DNA of 18,217 bases from UHGV virus genome UHGV-0816550, one strand, 5' to 3'. Under the pieces are notes generated by a model. The model saw only the letters and a list, made by a program, of their open reading frames with translations. It did no database searches and was not told the DNA's origin. The position numbers were made by a program, and so were the translations under genes. The stretch is from a virus. Shown here piece by piece: positions 16,275 to 18,217 of this stretch. Numbering within the stretch: position 1 is the stretch's first letter; the number at the start of each line of letters is the position of its first letter.

Positions 16275-17967
16275 CACGTTGAGAGCGAGCACGCTGAGAA
16301 GAGAAGCGATTCAGAGCATACTTAGCAGCACCGAGAGTGTTCATTACCAGACTAGGTGAAGAAGCCTCACGGAATCCATCATCAGTCAGGGAAGTCCAAC
16401 CACGATCTTGGTTACTCATAAACTTAGCCGTATTGTTCAGAGTGTAAGCATCTTGGATAGGATTAAAACCTTCAGGCATGCCTTTCAGTTTCTTCAACCC
16501 ACCGATAGCTTTCTTCATCTCTGGAGAAACGTTATCAGCCATCTTCTGTAGTTCAGCAGCTTTCTCTACGAAGTTGTTAAAGTCTTCACCATCACGAGCT
16601 TTGAATCGATTTGCTTCGTTATAGAAAGTCTTGTACGCATCAATGAAATCACGGTCAGCTTGTGTGCGATTCTTAATATCAATCGGACTGCCAGTAAAGT
16701 CACCAGAAGCTCGGAGAGAAACTAACTCACGATCAAGATTATCCAGAACATCTGTAAGAGCTTTAGTGTTATCCTTGGTGTAGTCAGCCATTGCATCTTT
16801 CATAGCGACAGCTTGCTTCTGGTTGTGCTCATTATCAGCGAAGGCTTTACCACGAGTCTTAGCCGGAGAAGCTAAAGGGTTAAGGCCCGGAATGTTGGAA
16901 TGTTCTTTCTGAACAGAAGCAGCTTTCTCAGCACGAGCTTGGTCAGTATTAAGAATACGCTGAGCAGCAGGAGAATCTACAGCAACAGCATCTGTGATAC
17001 GGAATCCGTTCTCGTCGAGAAGGTTCAGAGCAGAAGCAGCGTTAGCAGTTTCAGCTTTAGAGTAAGCCTCTTTCAGCTCATCAATATTCTTAGCACCACG
17101 AATCAGTTCATCATCAGCAGCAATATCAGTCTTCGCATATTCTGGAGTGTTCTTGAAGACAGCAGAATCCGGACGGCTAATCAAACCATGAACTCCACCA
17201 ACTGCACCACCAAATGCAGCACCCATAGCCCCTTCTTCAATAACCCCTTCCAATGTCTTAGCTAAATCATTGTCATCACCATACTTGTTCTGAACTTCAG
17301 CAGCACCAACAAGAGCACCACCTTTAGCACCAGCCACTGCGTTACTAGCAACGTTCTGACCAATACGACCAAGTGTGGACTCAGCTGTACCAACAGCACC
17401 CGGAAGGATTCTCTGAGCTGCATAGTTAGCACCACCAACTAAGGCTGCATCTAGAACAGACTTATCTTCTCCCTCTTCAGGGGTTTGGTCTGCATACGCA
17501 CGACCGGTCTCACGACCTGCGATGATAGCAGCGGCAGCTAATGGGTTAGCAACTGTCAGACCAATGTCGGCAACCACCCCAGCATACTGACCAGCAGACT
17601 TACCAATCCCATCCTCAATCTTATCCATACGTTCTTTCAAGAGGTTTTGAGCGTTCTCTTGCATACGCTTCCCGTAACCAGTTTGTGCTCCAGTTAGATC
17701 TTCACCAATCTCAACTAAGCCCCCAATACCTCTAGCAAGATTAGCAGAGATGTTAGCACTGCCGGACTGAAGAGCATTTGACACACCTTGAGCAAACTCA
17801 CCTATAGCACCACGTTCTTCTTGTTGTGGTTGTGCTACTGGCTGTTCCTCAGGAATAGAGCCACCTGCTGCCTTATATTGTTCTCTCATTCGAGCTTGTT
17901 GCTCCGGAGAGGCATTCAGATACGCAGGAGCTTTGGAAGCTTCTTCCCACGGTTTAATGTTAGCCAT
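16264..17967 (-). CDS. Hypothetical Gly/Ala-rich protein (567 aa), function unknown
   Basis: Minus-strand ATG at 17965-17967 preceded by AAGGAG; product begins MANIKPWEEAS. The ORF-track start at 18012 has no ribosome-binding site. Stop TAG at 16264-16266 overlaps the 3' end of the + strand gene ending at 16274. Confidence 0.75.
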   Translation of the reverse strand: MANIKPWEEASKAPAYLNASPEQQARMREQYKAAGGSIPEEQPVAQPQQEERGAIGEFAQGVSNALQSGSANISANLARGIGGLVEIGEDLTGAQTGYGKRMQENAQNLLKERMDKIEDGIGKSAGQYAGVVADIGLTVANPLAAAAIIAGRETGRAYADQTPEEGEDKSVLDAALVGGANYAAQRILPGAVGTAESTLGRIGQNVASNAVAGAKGGALVGAAEVQNKYGDDNDLAKTLEGVIEEGAMGAAFGGAVGGVHGLISRPDSAVFKNTPEYAKTDIAADDELIRGAKNIDELKEAYSKAETANAASALNLLDENGFRITDAVAVDSPAAQRILNTDQARAEKAASVQKEHSNIPGLNPLASPAKTRGKAFADNEHNQKQAVAMKDAMADYTKDNTKALTDVLDNLDRELVSLRASGDFTGSPIDIKNRTQADRDFIDAYKTFYNEANRFKARDGEDFNNFVEKAAELQKMADNVSPEMKKAIGGLKKLKGMPEGFNPIQDAYTLNNTAKFMSNQDRGWTSLTDDGFREASSPSLVMNTLGAAKYALNRFSSQRARSQRVKQ

Positions 17968-18035
17968 AACGTCTCCTTTTATAAATAAAAATGTCCTACC
18001 CCCTATATACATTATAGAAGGCAGGACTTAGGTCT

Positions 18036-18217
18036 TATTGAGTGAACCAGCTCGTATCTTCAACAGCTGATAGAGCACCATTAAGCTTAGGATTGGTTGC
18101 TGCACCACCAACCGCTTCTTCTGCTTGTTCAGAGAAAACACCTAGAGGGTCATAGAAACCACCAGAAGGGATTGCACGGTTAACCAATGCAGTAGCCCTC
18201 TTCTTGTCCATACCAGA
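18036..18217 (-). CDS. Small minus-strand ORF, possibly the C-terminus of a gene that starts beyond the window end
   Basis: Frame open from the window edge to TAA (complement of 18036-18038); internal ATG at 18209-18211 would give a 57-aa product MDKKRATALVNRAIPSGGFYDPLGVF...; codon usage like neighbours. Start not determinable. Confidence 0.35.

Noticed and set aside
17968-18012. Upstream start at 18012 for the minus-strand 567-aa gene
   Set aside because: No ribosome-binding site is present, whereas the ATG at 17965-17967 is preceded by AAGGAG.
1-18217. CRISPR arrays, tRNA/rRNA genes, integrase, transposase or insertion-sequence ends
   Set aside because: No regularly spaced direct repeats, cloverleaf-like structured RNA candidates or recombinase motifs were seen; coding density is near-continuous with phage structural genes.

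Overview
This 18.2 kb window (about 43% GC) reads as the late structural, lysis and DNA-ejection region of a tailed bacteriophage or prophage; no rRNA, tRNA, CRISPR array or transposase was recognised. All calls rest on reading the sequence and ORF track by eye against remembered family motifs, with no database search run. From 1 to 16274 every gene is on the + strand, tightly packed with AAGGAG-type ribosome-binding sites: a 5'-truncated structural gene, two paralogous tail fibre/spike genes, a small membrane protein plus a T4-type lysozyme, a short-fibre-like protein, a 1005-aa structural protein with four Ig-like domains, two further tail proteins, a lytic transglycosylase protein, two tandem Q/N-rich paralogues and a 263-aa protein. 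Two minus-strand genes converge on this block and overlap it by 11 nt. I did not find a recognisable defence or anti-defence system. The most unusual items are the tandem Q/N-rich glycine-zipper pair (the second copy frame-disrupted at a G4 run), a GC-rich patch inside the second fibre gene, and three UUCG-loop hairpins that bracket the fibre cassettes.
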